Made by a program: the position numbers and the translations under genes. DNA of 36,357 nucleotides, taken from a virus (lineage: Duplodnaviria > Caudoviricetes). Of this stretch, positions 27,005 through 36,357 are shown piece by piece. Under the pieces are notes generated by a model. The model saw only the letters and a program-made list of their open reading frames with translations, ran no database searches and had not been told where the DNA came from. The DNA lies in the IMG/VR virus record IMGVR_UViG_3300033067_001192, positions 1 through 36,357 of that record; one strand, given 5' to 3'. The first letter of the stretch is position 1; every line of letters starts with the position of its first letter.

Positions 27005-27276
27005 TGCGCCTATTGACACTGATCCCAGTGACCCTGCTATCCGGATGTTTAGCCACTAGTGTCCCGGTAGCATCAAAGTTTCCTGCACCCACTAGTCCTG
27101 AAATGATGGTGGCGTGTCCTGAACTTAGACTAATAAAAGATAATACAGAAAAACTTACAGATATCATGGATGTGGTAGCTGATAATTATGAACAATACCA
27201 TCTGTGCCGTAGCAAAGCATCTGATTGGATTGAGTGGTACAACAAACAGCGAAAGAATTTTGACAGCATAAAATAA
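27001..27276 (+). CDS. Outer-membrane spanin lipoprotein (Rz1-like)
   Basis: Lipobox LLSGC; FPAP..MVACPEL...NYEQYHLC...WIEWY. Confidence 0.75.
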   Translation: MMRLLTLIPVTLLSGCLATSVPVASKFPAPTSPEMMVACPELRLIKDNTEKLTDIMDVVADNYEQYHLCRSKASDWIEWYNKQRKNFDSIK

Positions 27277-27291
27277 AGGAGCATAATCAAG

Positions 27292-27915
27292 ATGGAGCTA
27301 ACATTAGAACAACTAAAACAATTGTTACCCAAAAACCCATACGTAGAACATTGGCACGAGGCGTTATCGCAGTTGTTGCCGGACTACGAAATTAATACAC
27401 CCGAACGCATTGCAGCATTTGTTGCTCAGTGTGCCCACGAAAGTGGCGGATTTATGGTTTTAAAAGAAAACTTAAACTACCGGCCGGCAAGTTTACGTAA
27501 ACTCTTCCCTAAGTATTTCCCAACAGATGCTTTGGCTGAACAATATTGTGCGCAACCCGACAAGCAGGCAGCAATTGCCAATCGAATTTACGCCAATCGC
27601 ATGGGCAACGGTGACGAAGCCAGCGGCGACGGTTATAGATATTGTGGGCGTGGACTCATTCAGTTAACAGGGAAAGACAATTACAGCTGGTTTGCAGCCA
27701 GTCTCGAAATCACACCCGAAGAAGCTACAGAATACCTCAGGACATTTGAGGGTGCAGCTCAGTCAGCATGCTGGTTCTGGGAAACCAACAAGTTAAATCA
27801 GTTTGCAGATCGCGGAGACATTTTAATGTTGACTAAGCGCATCAACGGTGGCACTATTGGCTTAGAAGATAGAATTAAACATTACAACCATGCATTGCAT
27901 GTATTAGGAGTATAA
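27292..27915 (+). CDS. Glycoside hydrolase family 19 endolysin
   Basis: RIAAFVAQCAHESGGF, ENLNY, YANRMGNG, GRGLIQLTG..NY, TKRINGG..GL.DR. Confidence 0.92.
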   Translation: MELTLEQLKQLLPKNPYVEHWHEALSQLLPDYEINTPERIAAFVAQCAHESGGFMVLKENLNYRPASLRKLFPKYFPTDALAEQYCAQPDKQAAIANRIYANRMGNGDEASGDGYRYCGRGLIQLTGKDNYSWFAASLEITPEEATEYLRTFEGAAQSACWFWETNKLNQFADRGDILMLTKRINGGTIGLEDRIKHYNHALHVLGV

Positions 27916-27916
27916 T

Positions 27917-28450
27917 ATGACCGAAGAAAAAAAGCCTCTTAGTAGAAGCGAAAGAGAAGCACAGATCAAAGACAAAGCTGGCTGGGTTATCACTGTATTG
28001 GCTGCTTTGCTTGCCGTTAATACCTATATTGGTAGCGGGTTTAGTTCATCTATATTGCAGAACACAATAAAAGCAAACGATACTTGGAACTTCTATCAGG
28101 CTAAAAGTATTAAGCAAAGTATTGCCGAAGGTCAATTAGAAGAAACAAAAGATCTAAAACGCAAACAAGATCTACAAGCCAAGATTGATCGTTATGAATC
28201 TGATCCCGAAAAAGGCGAGGGCAAGAAGGAATTAATGGCCAAAGCTCGTGGATTAGAAGCTGCAAGGGATGAAGCTAAGAAACACACACCTTGGTTAACT
28301 TTTGCCGGCACCGCATTCCAATTGGCTATTGTATTACTATCAGCTAGTATTCTAGCAGTTAGTATGCCGTTGTTCTGGGGCAGTATAGCAGTTGGAACAA
28401 TTGGAACTTTACTATTAAGCCAAGGCCTCTGGCTATGGTTACCGTTATAA
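27917..28450 (+). CDS. DUF4337-like membrane protein
   Basis: TM helix, DTWNFYQAKSIKQ, coiled coil, two C-terminal TM helices (FQLAIVLLSASI). Confidence 0.7.
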   Translation: MTEEKKPLSRSEREAQIKDKAGWVITVLAALLAVNTYIGSGFSSSILQNTIKANDTWNFYQAKSIKQSIAEGQLEETKDLKRKQDLQAKIDRYESDPEKGEGKKELMAKARGLEAARDEAKKHTPWLTFAGTAFQLAIVLLSASILAVSMPLFWGSIAVGTIGTLLLSQGLWLWLPL

Positions 28451-28473
28451 ATTAAAATCAAAAAGGAGCTAGC

Positions 28474-29049
28474 ATGATAAACAAATCAAAAAAACAAGAA
28501 GAAAATACAGCAAAAAAGAAAGATGATGATTGGATGACAAAAAAGTGGCGTCCTATGATGGCAATAATGTATATGGTTTGCTGTCTAATGGACTTTGCAG
28601 TTTTCCCAATTATGTTCACTATTGTACAATTCTGGGAAACACAAGCGGCCAATGATGCATTCCGCCAATGGGTTCCTATTACACTGCAAGGCGGCGGGTT
28701 ATTCCACGTGGCCATGGGCGCTGTATTAGGCGTTAGTGCGTTTGGCCGAACACAGGAAAAAATTGCAGGAGCGTCAGCTACTCCTGCCCCAGCTGGCCTA
28801 CCAGTTACTAATTTAACAACTACACCTGCACCCGGTTTTGCACAACCAATGCAGCCGGCCACATTTAATCCAGCACCAGTTACAAATAGCTTTGGCGCAC
28901 AACCTTTGGCCAGCGGAAGCGGCTTTGGTACACCTAATGCGTTTGGGCCACTTAGAAACGTTGCACCAGGAAACGACTTTGCTCCGGCAGTTGGGGTAGG
29001 GTTTGGAGGCAAGAAGGCTCCTCCCGAAATGCCTCAACCACTACTATAA
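28474..29049 (+). CDS. Putative holin (GTA-type 3TM holin-like) with Pro-rich tail
   Basis: WM.KKWRPMMAIMY...DF..FP, MGAVLGVSAFGRTQEK. Confidence 0.7.
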   Translation: MINKSKKQEENTAKKKDDDWMTKKWRPMMAIMYMVCCLMDFAVFPIMFTIVQFWETQAANDAFRQWVPITLQGGGLFHVAMGAVLGVSAFGRTQEKIAGASATPAPAGLPVTNLTTTPAPGFAQPMQPATFNPAPVTNSFGAQPLASGSGFGTPNAFGPLRNVAPGNDFAPAVGVGFGGKKAPPEMPQPLL

Positions 29050-29058
29050 GGAAACGAT

Positions 29059-29259
29059 ATGAAAAATTTATTTTGGACCAGCTGCATTGCAGCAAGCGTA
29101 ATGTTCTTTGCATGGAATGCTCCAGCAATGGCAGCAGAAACTAAAAAAGTTTGCGTAGAACAAAAAGATGCAAAAACCAACAAGACCAAACAAGTTTGTA
29201 AAGAAGTAAAAATTCACAAGAAGCTAGAAGGTCGAGAGGTTCCCGGTCAGAAAAAGTAA
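29059..29259 (+). CDS. Small secreted basic protein with two Cys
   Basis: Signal peptide ending AMA; KKVC...KQVCKEVKIHKK. Confidence 0.7.
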   Translation: MKNLFWTSCIAASVMFFAWNAPAMAAETKKVCVEQKDAKTNKTKQVCKEVKIHKKLEGREVPGQKK

Positions 29260-29267
29260 TATATTCG

Positions 29268-29296
29268 TTGACCTCACTCGAAATATAAATTATAAT
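29268..29296 (+). promoter_or_regulatory. Sigma70-like promoter
   Basis: TTGACC-17 nt-TATAAT. Confidence 0.8.
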
Positions 29297-29318
29297 ATTA
29301 GAGCATATATGAGGTACA

Positions 29319-30194
29319 ATGAAAGATTATTTTAAAATACTAGGTATCGAGGAAGGCGCATCAGACGATGATATCAAAAAAGCCTTCCGCAGTTTAGCCA
29401 TGAAGCACCATCCCGACAGGGGTGGTGATCAAGCCAAGTTTCAAGAAATACAAGAAGCATACGCAGTTCTGTCAGATCCTCAAAAAAGAGCCGAATGGAA
29501 CATGCAGCGCCGGGGAGGCAATCCGGGCGGATTCCACTTTGATTTTAACTTTGGCCAGCCGCAAGGCGATCCATTTGATATTCATAACATTTTTAGAAAT
29601 TTCCAACAAGGCGGAGATCCGTTTGGGGGATTTCGACAACAGCGGCGCAACAGAGATCTAAAAGTAGTTGTGGATTTAGATTTAGCCAGCACATTAACCC
29701 CACAAACAAAACACATCAGTGTCCAACATTTAAACGGCCATAAGGAAACAGTAACAGTAGAAGTTCCACGGGGCGTTAGCAGCAACATGCAAATGAAGTA
29801 TGCTGGGCACGGTGATCGAAGCTATTCCGACTTACCCCCTGGAGATTTGTATATCAGCTTTAGAGTACTAAGGCATCCAGATTTTAATATAGAAGGACTT
29901 GACTTAGTGAGGGTGATTAAGTTAAACTGTCTAGATGCTATTACAGGAACATCACTAACTATTGACAGTCTCGATGGTAAGCAATTTAGTTGGAATGTAC
30001 CAGTTGGAACACAAAACGGTTCTAGATTTCGTATTGCCCAGCAAGGGTTGTGGTCGGTTGAGCACCCAGTTAGAGGTAGCCTAATACTGCATATTGATTT
30101 AATTGTTCCCAGCAACTTAACTGCCGAGCAATTGTCAACACTAGAAAAAATTTCCCAAGAACTCAAGGAAAATACAGGAACTGTAAATGATTAA
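29319..30194 (+). CDS. dnaJ: DnaJ/CbpA-like co-chaperone (class B, no Zn finger)
   Basis: J domain with HPD, G/F-rich linker, C-terminal substrate-binding domains. Confidence 0.92.
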   Translation: MKDYFKILGIEEGASDDDIKKAFRSLAMKHHPDRGGDQAKFQEIQEAYAVLSDPQKRAEWNMQRRGGNPGGFHFDFNFGQPQGDPFDIHNIFRNFQQGGDPFGGFRQQRRNRDLKVVVDLDLASTLTPQTKHISVQHLNGHKETVTVEVPRGVSSNMQMKYAGHGDRSYSDLPPGDLYISFRVLRHPDFNIEGLDLVRVIKLNCLDAITGTSLTIDSLDGKQFSWNVPVGTQNGSRFRIAQQGLWSVEHPVRGSLILHIDLIVPSNLTAEQLSTLEKISQELKENTGTVND

Positions 30195-32484
30195 TACCAA
30201 TCCCGAAATTGAACTAGTAATTAACCAAGCCACAGACTTGGCTAAAGTACTTCACCATGAGTACGTAACGCTAGAACATTTGCTCTTGAGTCTAATTAGA
30301 TTCCAACCATTTAGAGAACTAACTTCCAAATACGGAGTGGATGTCGCTGGATTGGATGCAGACGTAGATGCATACTTAGCCAAGCAAACTTACTTGAACG
30401 CGAGACATGCTACATCCGGCAGTGATGGTCCTAAAAAAACTCATGCTCTAGAGCGTGTGTTTAACCGAGCGCTGACACAAGTGTTGTTTAGCGGCCGTGA
30501 TCACATCCAGCTAGTTGATGTTTTCCTTAGTATCACTGCCGAGAGTAATAGCCATGCTGCATACTTTATTTTGAAGTATGGCATGGAACGACAAAGCTTC
30601 CTGAATTTCTACAATAAAAATTACAGTGAAGTACCCGGTCGTGCAGCCGCAGTTAGTATCAAAGCAGACGAAGTGCTCAACGAGTACTGCGAAAATTTGA
30701 GTAACAAAGCCAAGTCCAATAAAATTGATCCCGTTATTGGACGAGAAACAGAAATTGAAGAAATTTCTCAAGTACTAGCCAAGCGCAATAAGAGCAACGT
30801 GTTGCTAGTGGGCGATCCCGGTGTTGGTAAAACAGCCATTGCCGAAGGACTTGCACTTAAAATCATCAATGGCGAAGTTCCAGAATACCTAAAAGACTAT
30901 ACTGTTTACAACTTAGACATTGGTAGCTTATTGGCCGGTTCTAAGTATCGCGGAGAGTTTGAAGAAAAGCTCAAGGAAGTTATTAAATCACTGAGTGTCA
31001 AAGGCAAGTGCATTTTGTTCATTGACGAAGCGCACCAAATGCGCGGCGCAGGCGGTGGCAGTCAAAGTAGCGTTGACTTTTCGAATATGATCAAGCCAGC
31101 ATTGAATAAAGGACAGATCAAAGTTATTGCTAGTACCACATGGGAAGAGTACACACAGAGTTTTGAAAAGGATCGCGCACTCATGCGTCGATTCTATCGA
31201 TTGACTGTTGAAGAACCTACTCCGGAAGTAGCCAAACAGATCCTAACGGGACTGAAGCCTTACTTTGAGGAATTCCACAGTGGTACTATTACTGACGATG
31301 CTATTGCTGCGGCTGTTGATCTTAGCGTACGATATCAAGCCGATAAGAAGCTTCCGGATAAAGCAATTGACTTGATCGACACTGCCTGTGCTAAACTGAA
31401 GATTGCTGGTGCCGATTTTGCAGTTGGGCGCAGTGACATTATTGATATCTTAGCCAAGTTTACTAAAATTCCTGCAGAACAAATTGGCGGCGATGCTACT
31501 AACAATCTGCTGGATCTTGACACTAATATTAAACAACGTCTGTACGGACAAGACTCAACTGTCGACACTGTATTGGAAAAGATTTATGTTAGCAAAGCTG
31601 GCTTGAAACCCCTTAACAAGCCAATTGGGAACTTTCTGTTCTTGGGTCCAACCGGAACCGGTAAGACTGAGCTTGCAAAGTTGTTGAGTGAGTACCTTGG
31701 CATGAAGTTGCTGCGATTTGACATGTCCGAATATCAAGAAAAGCACAGTCTTGCCAAACTAATCGGTGCACCCCCTGGCTACGTCGGGTATGACGACAGC
31801 AATCTTGCTGGCGGGCTGCTAATTAGTTCAATCGAAAAGAGTCCAAACAGCATTATCTTGTTTGATGAGATTGAAAAGGCACACCCAGATGTATCCAATG
31901 TTTTGTTACAACTCATGGACGAGGGATTCATTACTGGTAGCAATGGCAAGAAAGCCGACTGTCGTAATGTAATCTTGTTGCTAACTAGTAACTTGGGTTC
32001 AGCTGACAACGAGCGTAATAACATTGGCTTTGGTCGAGACTTGCAAAAGACAGAAGAAGACACTAAAGCAGTTAAAGACTTCTTTAAGCCCGAGTTCCGA
32101 AATCGTCTTGATGCTATTTGCAAGTTTAACAAGCTTGACACATTGAGCATGAAAAAGATTGTTGCTAAGTTTGTTGGCGAAATGAATGACTTGCTTTCCG
32201 AAAAACAAATTAAAGTTCGTCTAACAGAGTCTGCGGTCGATCATCTAATCGAAAAAGGATTTGATGCTAAGATGGGTGCAAGGCCCCTGGCTAAAACCAT
32301 CAATGATAAAATTAAAGTTCCTGTGAGTAAGAAAATTTTGTTCGAGGGACTAGCAAATGGATCTGTAATCAGTGTTGACTACAAAGACAACGAAATTGTT
32401 TTTGACACAATTGCGTATTCAGTAAACGACTTACCAACAGTAGACATCAATGGCTTCATTCGAATGGAAAAAACTGAACTCTAA
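30187..32484 (+). CDS. clpA: ATP-dependent Clp protease ATP-binding subunit ClpA-like
   Basis: Clp N domain; Walker A GDPGVGKT and GPTGTGKT; IGF ClpP-docking loop; no ClpB middle domain. Confidence 0.92.
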   Translation: MINTNPEIELVINQATDLAKVLHHEYVTLEHLLLSLIRFQPFRELTSKYGVDVAGLDADVDAYLAKQTYLNARHATSGSDGPKKTHALERVFNRALTQVLFSGRDHIQLVDVFLSITAESNSHAAYFILKYGMERQSFLNFYNKNYSEVPGRAAAVSIKADEVLNEYCENLSNKAKSNKIDPVIGRETEIEEISQVLAKRNKSNVLLVGDPGVGKTAIAEGLALKIINGEVPEYLKDYTVYNLDIGSLLAGSKYRGEFEEKLKEVIKSLSVKGKCILFIDEAHQMRGAGGGSQSSVDFSNMIKPALNKGQIKVIASTTWEEYTQSFEKDRALMRRFYRLTVEEPTPEVAKQILTGLKPYFEEFHSGTITDDAIAAAVDLSVRYQADKKLPDKAIDLIDTACAKLKIAGADFAVGRSDIIDILAKFTKIPAEQIGGDATNNLLDLDTNIKQRLYGQDSTVDTVLEKIYVSKAGLKPLNKPIGNFLFLGPTGTGKTELAKLLSEYLGMKLLRFDMSEYQEKHSLAKLIGAPPGYVGYDDSNLAGGLLISSIEKSPNSIILFDEIEKAHPDVSNVLLQLMDEGFITGSNGKKADCRNVILLLTSNLGSADNERNNIGFGRDLQKTEEDTKAVKDFFKPEFRNRLDAICKFNKLDTLSMKKIVAKFVGEMNDLLSEKQIKVRLTESAVDHLIEKGFDAKMGARPLAKTINDKIKVPVSKKILFEGLANGSVISVDYKDNEIVFDTIAYSVNDLPTVDINGFIRMEKTEL

Positions 32485-33163
32485 GATTGTAGTATCCGAC
32501 ACCAGGAAACAGTATTTTAATCAATACTATTGTAGTATAAAATACTTTTGCCCTGGTGGTCGGGTAATTGCAAATACAAGTTCTACTGATATACGGGAAG
32601 TAATCGATTTTAGAAAAAGATACAGTAGGATGAGTAACTACGGAGGTAGTTGGCGCTATAATAGGGAGCAGCTAGATCAAGTTGATATAGGCCAACTTGA
32701 AGCGTTTCGTAGCATCAAGAATACGTATCCTACAAAAATCAAATTTAGAGTTGAGGAACCAGCAGTAATAATTTACAGTGAAGAAGAATCAACTATTGTA
32801 GATATAGCCACAATTCTGAAGGACTGGAGTCATACCATCCGACAAGTGACACGTCCTAAAAATGATGCCGATCGAGTAGCAATATCCACCGGATCAATTA
32901 TATTGAAAAAGGATCCCGGATACAAGTTTAAAGTTATGTGCAAAGAAGGTGTGTGCAACAATAAAAGCAGTATTGCAGCATATTTGATAAACTTAGGGGA
33001 CCAAGTTAAAATTAGTGACACAGTAGCGCAATCGTTAATGGTTAACCCATACCCTTATATTTACGGAATTTGGTTTTATACAAATGATCCCGATATTGCA
33101 AATATGCTGAATATCATAGAACCAAATTTTGTGACAAATATTCACAAGGTAGTGGTATCCTGA
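32450..33163 (+). CDS. Hypothetical phage protein
   Basis: 237-aa ORF overlapping the clpA end. Confidence 0.7.
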   Translation: MASFEWKKLNSKIVVSDTRKQYFNQYYCSIKYFCPGGRVIANTSSTDIREVIDFRKRYSRMSNYGGSWRYNREQLDQVDIGQLEAFRSIKNTYPTKIKFRVEEPAVIIYSEEESTIVDIATILKDWSHTIRQVTRPKNDADRVAISTGSIILKKDPGYKFKVMCKEGVCNNKSSIAAYLINLGDQVKISDTVAQSLMVNPYPYIYGIWFYTNDPDIANMLNIIEPNFVTNIHKVVVS

Positions 33164-33192
33164 TTAAATAGAATAACAATAAGGAGGCCACA

Positions 33193-33369
33193 ATGGCACG
33201 TATTCAAGAAGAAGTAATTGTTATTACTGTAAGCAAATTACACAAGACAGACCCCAATGGCACAGTAACCGATAGCGACATTGTTAGTTTGACTGCATTA
33301 TCGGCGCTAGAGGATGTAGCACAAGAATTATTAGGCAACGATGTAGTTGTCGAAATTAGTAAAGCGTAA
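33193..33369 (+). CDS. Small hypothetical protein (58 aa, absent from the ORF track)
   Basis: ATTAAATA late-type motif, AAGGAGG RBS; MARIQEEVIVITVSKL...LEDVAQELLGNDVVVEISKA. Confidence 0.75.
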   Translation: MARIQEEVIVITVSKLHKTDPNGTVTDSDIVSLTALSALEDVAQELLGNDVVVEISKA

Positions 33370-33384
33370 TCAAGAAAGACACAA

Positions 33385-34242
33385 ATGAGTTCAACCGACA
33401 CTGGGGCAAATGTAGTCCCAAATCTACAAGGCGAATCTGCCACTAATGTAGTACAAAAAATTCAAGAGCTGATGAAACAGCAGCAAACTTCACAAACAGT
33501 TGCCACTGCCCAACCTCAAGGGGTACCATACGACTTTACCAAAGTTCATGTACATTTGGGCATTCCTTGCTATGGTGGCATGGTAAGCGAACCTACAATG
33601 ACTAGTTTGTTGAGATTTGTACTCATGGCATCAAAGTTAGGGTTAAACTGGAGCCTCGATACTATGGTTAACGAATCTTTAATCACTCGAGGCAGGAACA
33701 ACTTAATGGCTAAAATGATGACCAATGAAAAAGCCACACACTTTATGTTCATTGATGCCGATATTAGGTTCCAACCCGAAAGCATTTTTCAAATGATTGC
33801 TTACGAGAAAGAAGTCATTGGCGGACTTTATCCTAAGAAGAGTATTCCTAGCAACTATGTTATTAACTTGTTGCCGCAAACTAAAATACAAGGCGATATC
33901 TTTACAGTAGACACTATGGGCACTGGCTTTTTACTGTTTAAGCGCGGAGTCTACGAAAAGTTAATGGCAGCACATCCCGAAACCAAGTACGTTGATGATG
34001 TAGGATTAGGTAAGCAATATGAGCCAATGATGTATGCCATCTTTGATTGCGCAATTGATGCTAAAGGGCACTATCTCAGCGAGGATTGGCTATTTTGTAG
34101 GCGTTGGCAAGAATTGGGCGGAGAAATTTGGGCCCATAGTAAAGCACTATTGAACCACGTTGGACATTACGAATATTTGGGCGATTTGAGCCAAATGCCA
34201 GACTTCAGTAAAGCAACACTTGTTCCCGATCAGAGTGTATAA
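33385..34242 (+). CDS. GT-A fold glycosyltransferase-like protein
   Basis: IPCYGG, NESLITRGRN, THFMFIDADI (DxD), GTGFLL, LSEDWLFC..W. Confidence 0.8.
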   Translation: MSSTDTGANVVPNLQGESATNVVQKIQELMKQQQTSQTVATAQPQGVPYDFTKVHVHLGIPCYGGMVSEPTMTSLLRFVLMASKLGLNWSLDTMVNESLITRGRNNLMAKMMTNEKATHFMFIDADIRFQPESIFQMIAYEKEVIGGLYPKKSIPSNYVINLLPQTKIQGDIFTVDTMGTGFLLFKRGVYEKLMAAHPETKYVDDVGLGKQYEPMMYAIFDCAIDAKGHYLSEDWLFCRRWQELGGEIWAHSKALLNHVGHYEYLGDLSQMPDFSKATLVPDQSV

Positions 34243-34266
34243 TATAATACAGCTAGTCTGTATCAT

Positions 34267-34887
34267 ATGCGCTCATCTAGATCTTCTAATACTGCACAAG
34301 ACGTCCTGGTAGTTTATCCGGGACGTTTTCAGCCCTTTCATAAAGGGCACAAATCCGTTTACAGTAAGTTAGTGAAAAAGTACGGACACGATCGTGTTTT
34401 TATTGCTACTTCCAATAAAACGGAACTACCAAAGAGTCCATTTAGCTTTGCAGACAAAATGCAGTTTATGGCGTTAGCCGATGTTAGTCCAGATTGCATC
34501 GTCGAGACCACACAGCCTTATAAGGCCCCCGAATTGGTCAGTAAGTATCCGGCAAACAGCACTAAATTAATCTTTGCAGTTAGTCAAAAAGACATGGACG
34601 AAGATGCTCGGTTTTCTAGTTGGACTAAAAAGGACGGTAGCCCTGCTTACTTCCAGCCTATTCCCCCAAATGCTAGGCAAATGCTAACACTAGACCGCCA
34701 TGCGTACATTTTGACGGTTCCCACGGTCCCATTTAAAGTACTTGGGAAACCCATGCAAAGTGCAACCGAAGTTCGTAAGCAATTTGCTAACGCGGATTTC
34801 CAAACACAGCAGTCCATTATCGAAGACTTGTTTGGGGTATACGACCCAACAGTACTCCAAATCATGCAGAACAAACTAGTGAGCTGA
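34267..34887 (+). CDS. Cytidylyltransferase-like (HxGH) nucleotidyltransferase
   Basis: YPGRFQPFHKGH and SATEVR motifs. Confidence 0.8.
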   Translation: MRSSRSSNTAQDVLVVYPGRFQPFHKGHKSVYSKLVKKYGHDRVFIATSNKTELPKSPFSFADKMQFMALADVSPDCIVETTQPYKAPELVSKYPANSTKLIFAVSQKDMDEDARFSSWTKKDGSPAYFQPIPPNARQMLTLDRHAYILTVPTVPFKVLGKPMQSATEVRKQFANADFQTQQSIIEDLFGVYDPTVLQIMQNKLVS

Positions 34888-34892
34888 TCCAG

Positions 34893-34900
34893 TATAAATA
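34893..34900 (+). promoter_or_regulatory. T4-like late promoter
   Basis: Exact TATAAATA upstream of ATG 34920. Confidence 0.65.
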
Positions 34901-34919
34901 CATTATACTTGGATCATGC

Positions 34920-35306
34920 ATGAAAACCACAGACTTTATTAAAGAAAGCGCCAATATCGTACTCGATGCACACAATATGCATCAAGATCACGAAGTACAA
35001 ATGGCCCGCGAAGAGTGCTATCACATTGCTAATAATGCAATTGCGCTGCATAAACTGCTACAGCAAATAAGCGAAAGCAAAGGCCTAGACGGATGGGTCT
35101 CGGAGAAAATCTCCATTGCTAACGACTACTGTCGTACCGTTAAAGAATACTTAGAATACGAACTAATGTCCGGTAATTCTCCAATGGGCTTAGGAGAAGA
35201 CGACGGCGGTGCTAGTGCAGGAGCCACTACTAGTTCTGTTATTGCCACAGCGCCTGCACAGAATTTATTTAAGAAAAAGAAGATCGTCAAAAGGACAATG
35301 AAATGA
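34920..35306 (+). CDS. Putative internal head protein
   Basis: MKTTDFIKE resembles the T4 capsid-targeting sequence; DHEVQMAR...LDGWVSEKI. Confidence 0.65.
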   Translation: MKTTDFIKESANIVLDAHNMHQDHEVQMAREECYHIANNAIALHKLLQQISESKGLDGWVSEKISIANDYCRTVKEYLEYELMSGNSPMGLGEDDGGASAGATTSSVIATAPAQNLFKKKKIVKRTMK

Positions 35307-36357
35307 GCAACAACCAGGATATGATTAAATTAGTAAAACTGCTAGAGGGCTCGTCCCCTAAGTTTGCAGGCGAACCAGCACAAAAGCCGGGCGATCAAGT
35401 ACGTGGTACTGATGTTGCTAAAACTGGTGGCAAAGACCATCCTTTTAAAGATCGTTTAGTTGGCGAAGATACTACTTTAGAAGATACACTAAGCAAAAAG
35501 TATCAAGACTTCAAGGACGTACAAGCCAAAGACGCAGTAAAGAAAAAAGACAAAACAGAGTTAGACGAAGCAGACTATGATGACGAAGACGACTACGACG
35601 AAGACTCGGCAAATGGCTTCTTTGTTTGTATCGGCAGCGAAGAAGACGGCGGCTTTGTTGGTATGGTGACCAAAGACGGTGGTAAGTGGAGAGAGTCTAA
35701 TGTTGCCGGTAACGCTCCCTATAGCTGGGGCGGCAAGAGTTACATGAGTTACCTAAGCGCAGACGAAATTATGTCTTACATTCGTAATGACTACGGTCGT
35801 CATGCAGACGTCAAAGGCCCATTCTACGATGAAGACGACGCCATGGAATATGCCCAACACCAATACGGTCTAGGTGAAAGTATTACTGAGGGGCATGGGA
35901 CCGATATTAACATTGGTGATCCAGTAGAGATTACTGGTGATGTACAGTTCAAGGGAGCCACTGGCGATGTTGCTGCATTTAACCAAGATCACAGTTTTGT
36001 TATCGTGGATCTTTACAATCACGGTAAACGCAGTTTCCATGTAAGCGATGTAAGTTTTAACGAATATGCTGGTAGCGATGAAGAAGAAGCCCGCATGTAC
36101 GATGCTGGCGAATTCCGTGATAACTTAGACGAGGACTTTGGTGATAGCCCAGTTGCAAGTGCCATCACACGCAGAATTTTATTACAGCGCACAGACCTTT
36201 TAAGCAAATACGGTCCAGAAAAAGTTGGTGCGGCTGTGGATGAAGTTGCCGACTTTGTTGGCGATGTAGACGAAATTGGCAGTAGCGATGTAAGTGGCTG
36301 GATTCGTCATGTTGAACAGATGTTGGGTAACATGAATGAGCAAGGTGTGGCGGAAGG
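35303..36357 (+). CDS. Acidic modular putative internal head polyprotein, 3'-truncated (absent from the ORF track)
   Basis: ATG 35303 (ATGA overlap), open to the window end; segments separated by LDE, LGE, ITE, ending EQGVAE. Confidence 0.75.
   Translation, partial: MSNNQDMIKLVKLLEGSSPKFAGEPAQKPGDQVRGTDVAKTGGKDHPFKDRLVGEDTTLEDTLSKKYQDFKDVQAKDAVKKKDKTELDEADYDDEDDYDEDSANGFFVCIGSEEDGGFVGMVTKDGGKWRESNVAGNAPYSWGGKSYMSYLSADEIMSYIRNDYGRHADVKGPFYDEDDAMEYAQHQYGLGESITEGHGTDINIGDPVEITGDVQFKGATGDVAAFNQDHSFVIVDLYNHGKRSFHVSDVSFNEYAGSDEEEARMYDAGEFRDNLDEDFGDSPVASAITRRILLQRTDLLSKYGPEKVGAAVDEVADFVGDVDEIGSSDVSGWIRHVEQMLGNMNEQGVAE

Noticed and set aside
28458-29012. 184-aa antisense ORF
   Set aside because: It is antisense to the holin-like gene, which has recognisable motifs and an RBS
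1-36357. Stop-codon recoding, tRNA genes, introns or inteins
   Set aside because: Genes tile densely and intact under code 11; no cloverleaf, intein or intron signature was noticed by eye (a tRNAscan/Infernal run would be decisive)

Overview
This window is a gene-dense, almost entirely plus-strand segment of a large (probably jumbo) T4-like tailed phage. The spanins, GH19 endolysin and Bug/TctC protein point to a Gram-negative, plausibly betaproteobacterial, host (inference). In order it carries: (1) a 5'-truncated collagen-like fibre gene with an Mtd-N-type N-terminus; (2) an unusual ~7.5 kb accessory module at 2993-10511; (3) baseplate/tail genes; (4) MazG, Hc1-like, a DnaE fragment, GroES, a clamp loader, a PP-loop protein, an ArfA-like peptide, a HAD nucleotidase and PhoH; (5) a lysis cassette; (6) DnaJ, ClpA, a glycosyltransferase, a nucleotidyltransferase and likely internal head proteins. 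The accessory module is the most striking part. It holds an orphan TctC/Bug binding protein, two LuxR/GerE-type regulators, a structured leader, two tandem Ala/Thr/Asn-rich paralogs, two Gly-Tyr-rich peptides, two helical-bundle paralogs and three small beta-rich fibre-head paralogs (one collagen-linked). Three of these proteins share an ungapped ~30-aa C-terminal tag. The whole resembles a spore-coat/exosporium parts list and may be an undescribed phage-encoded self-assembling coat or occlusion system. Family calls come from motif recognition by eye; no searches were run.
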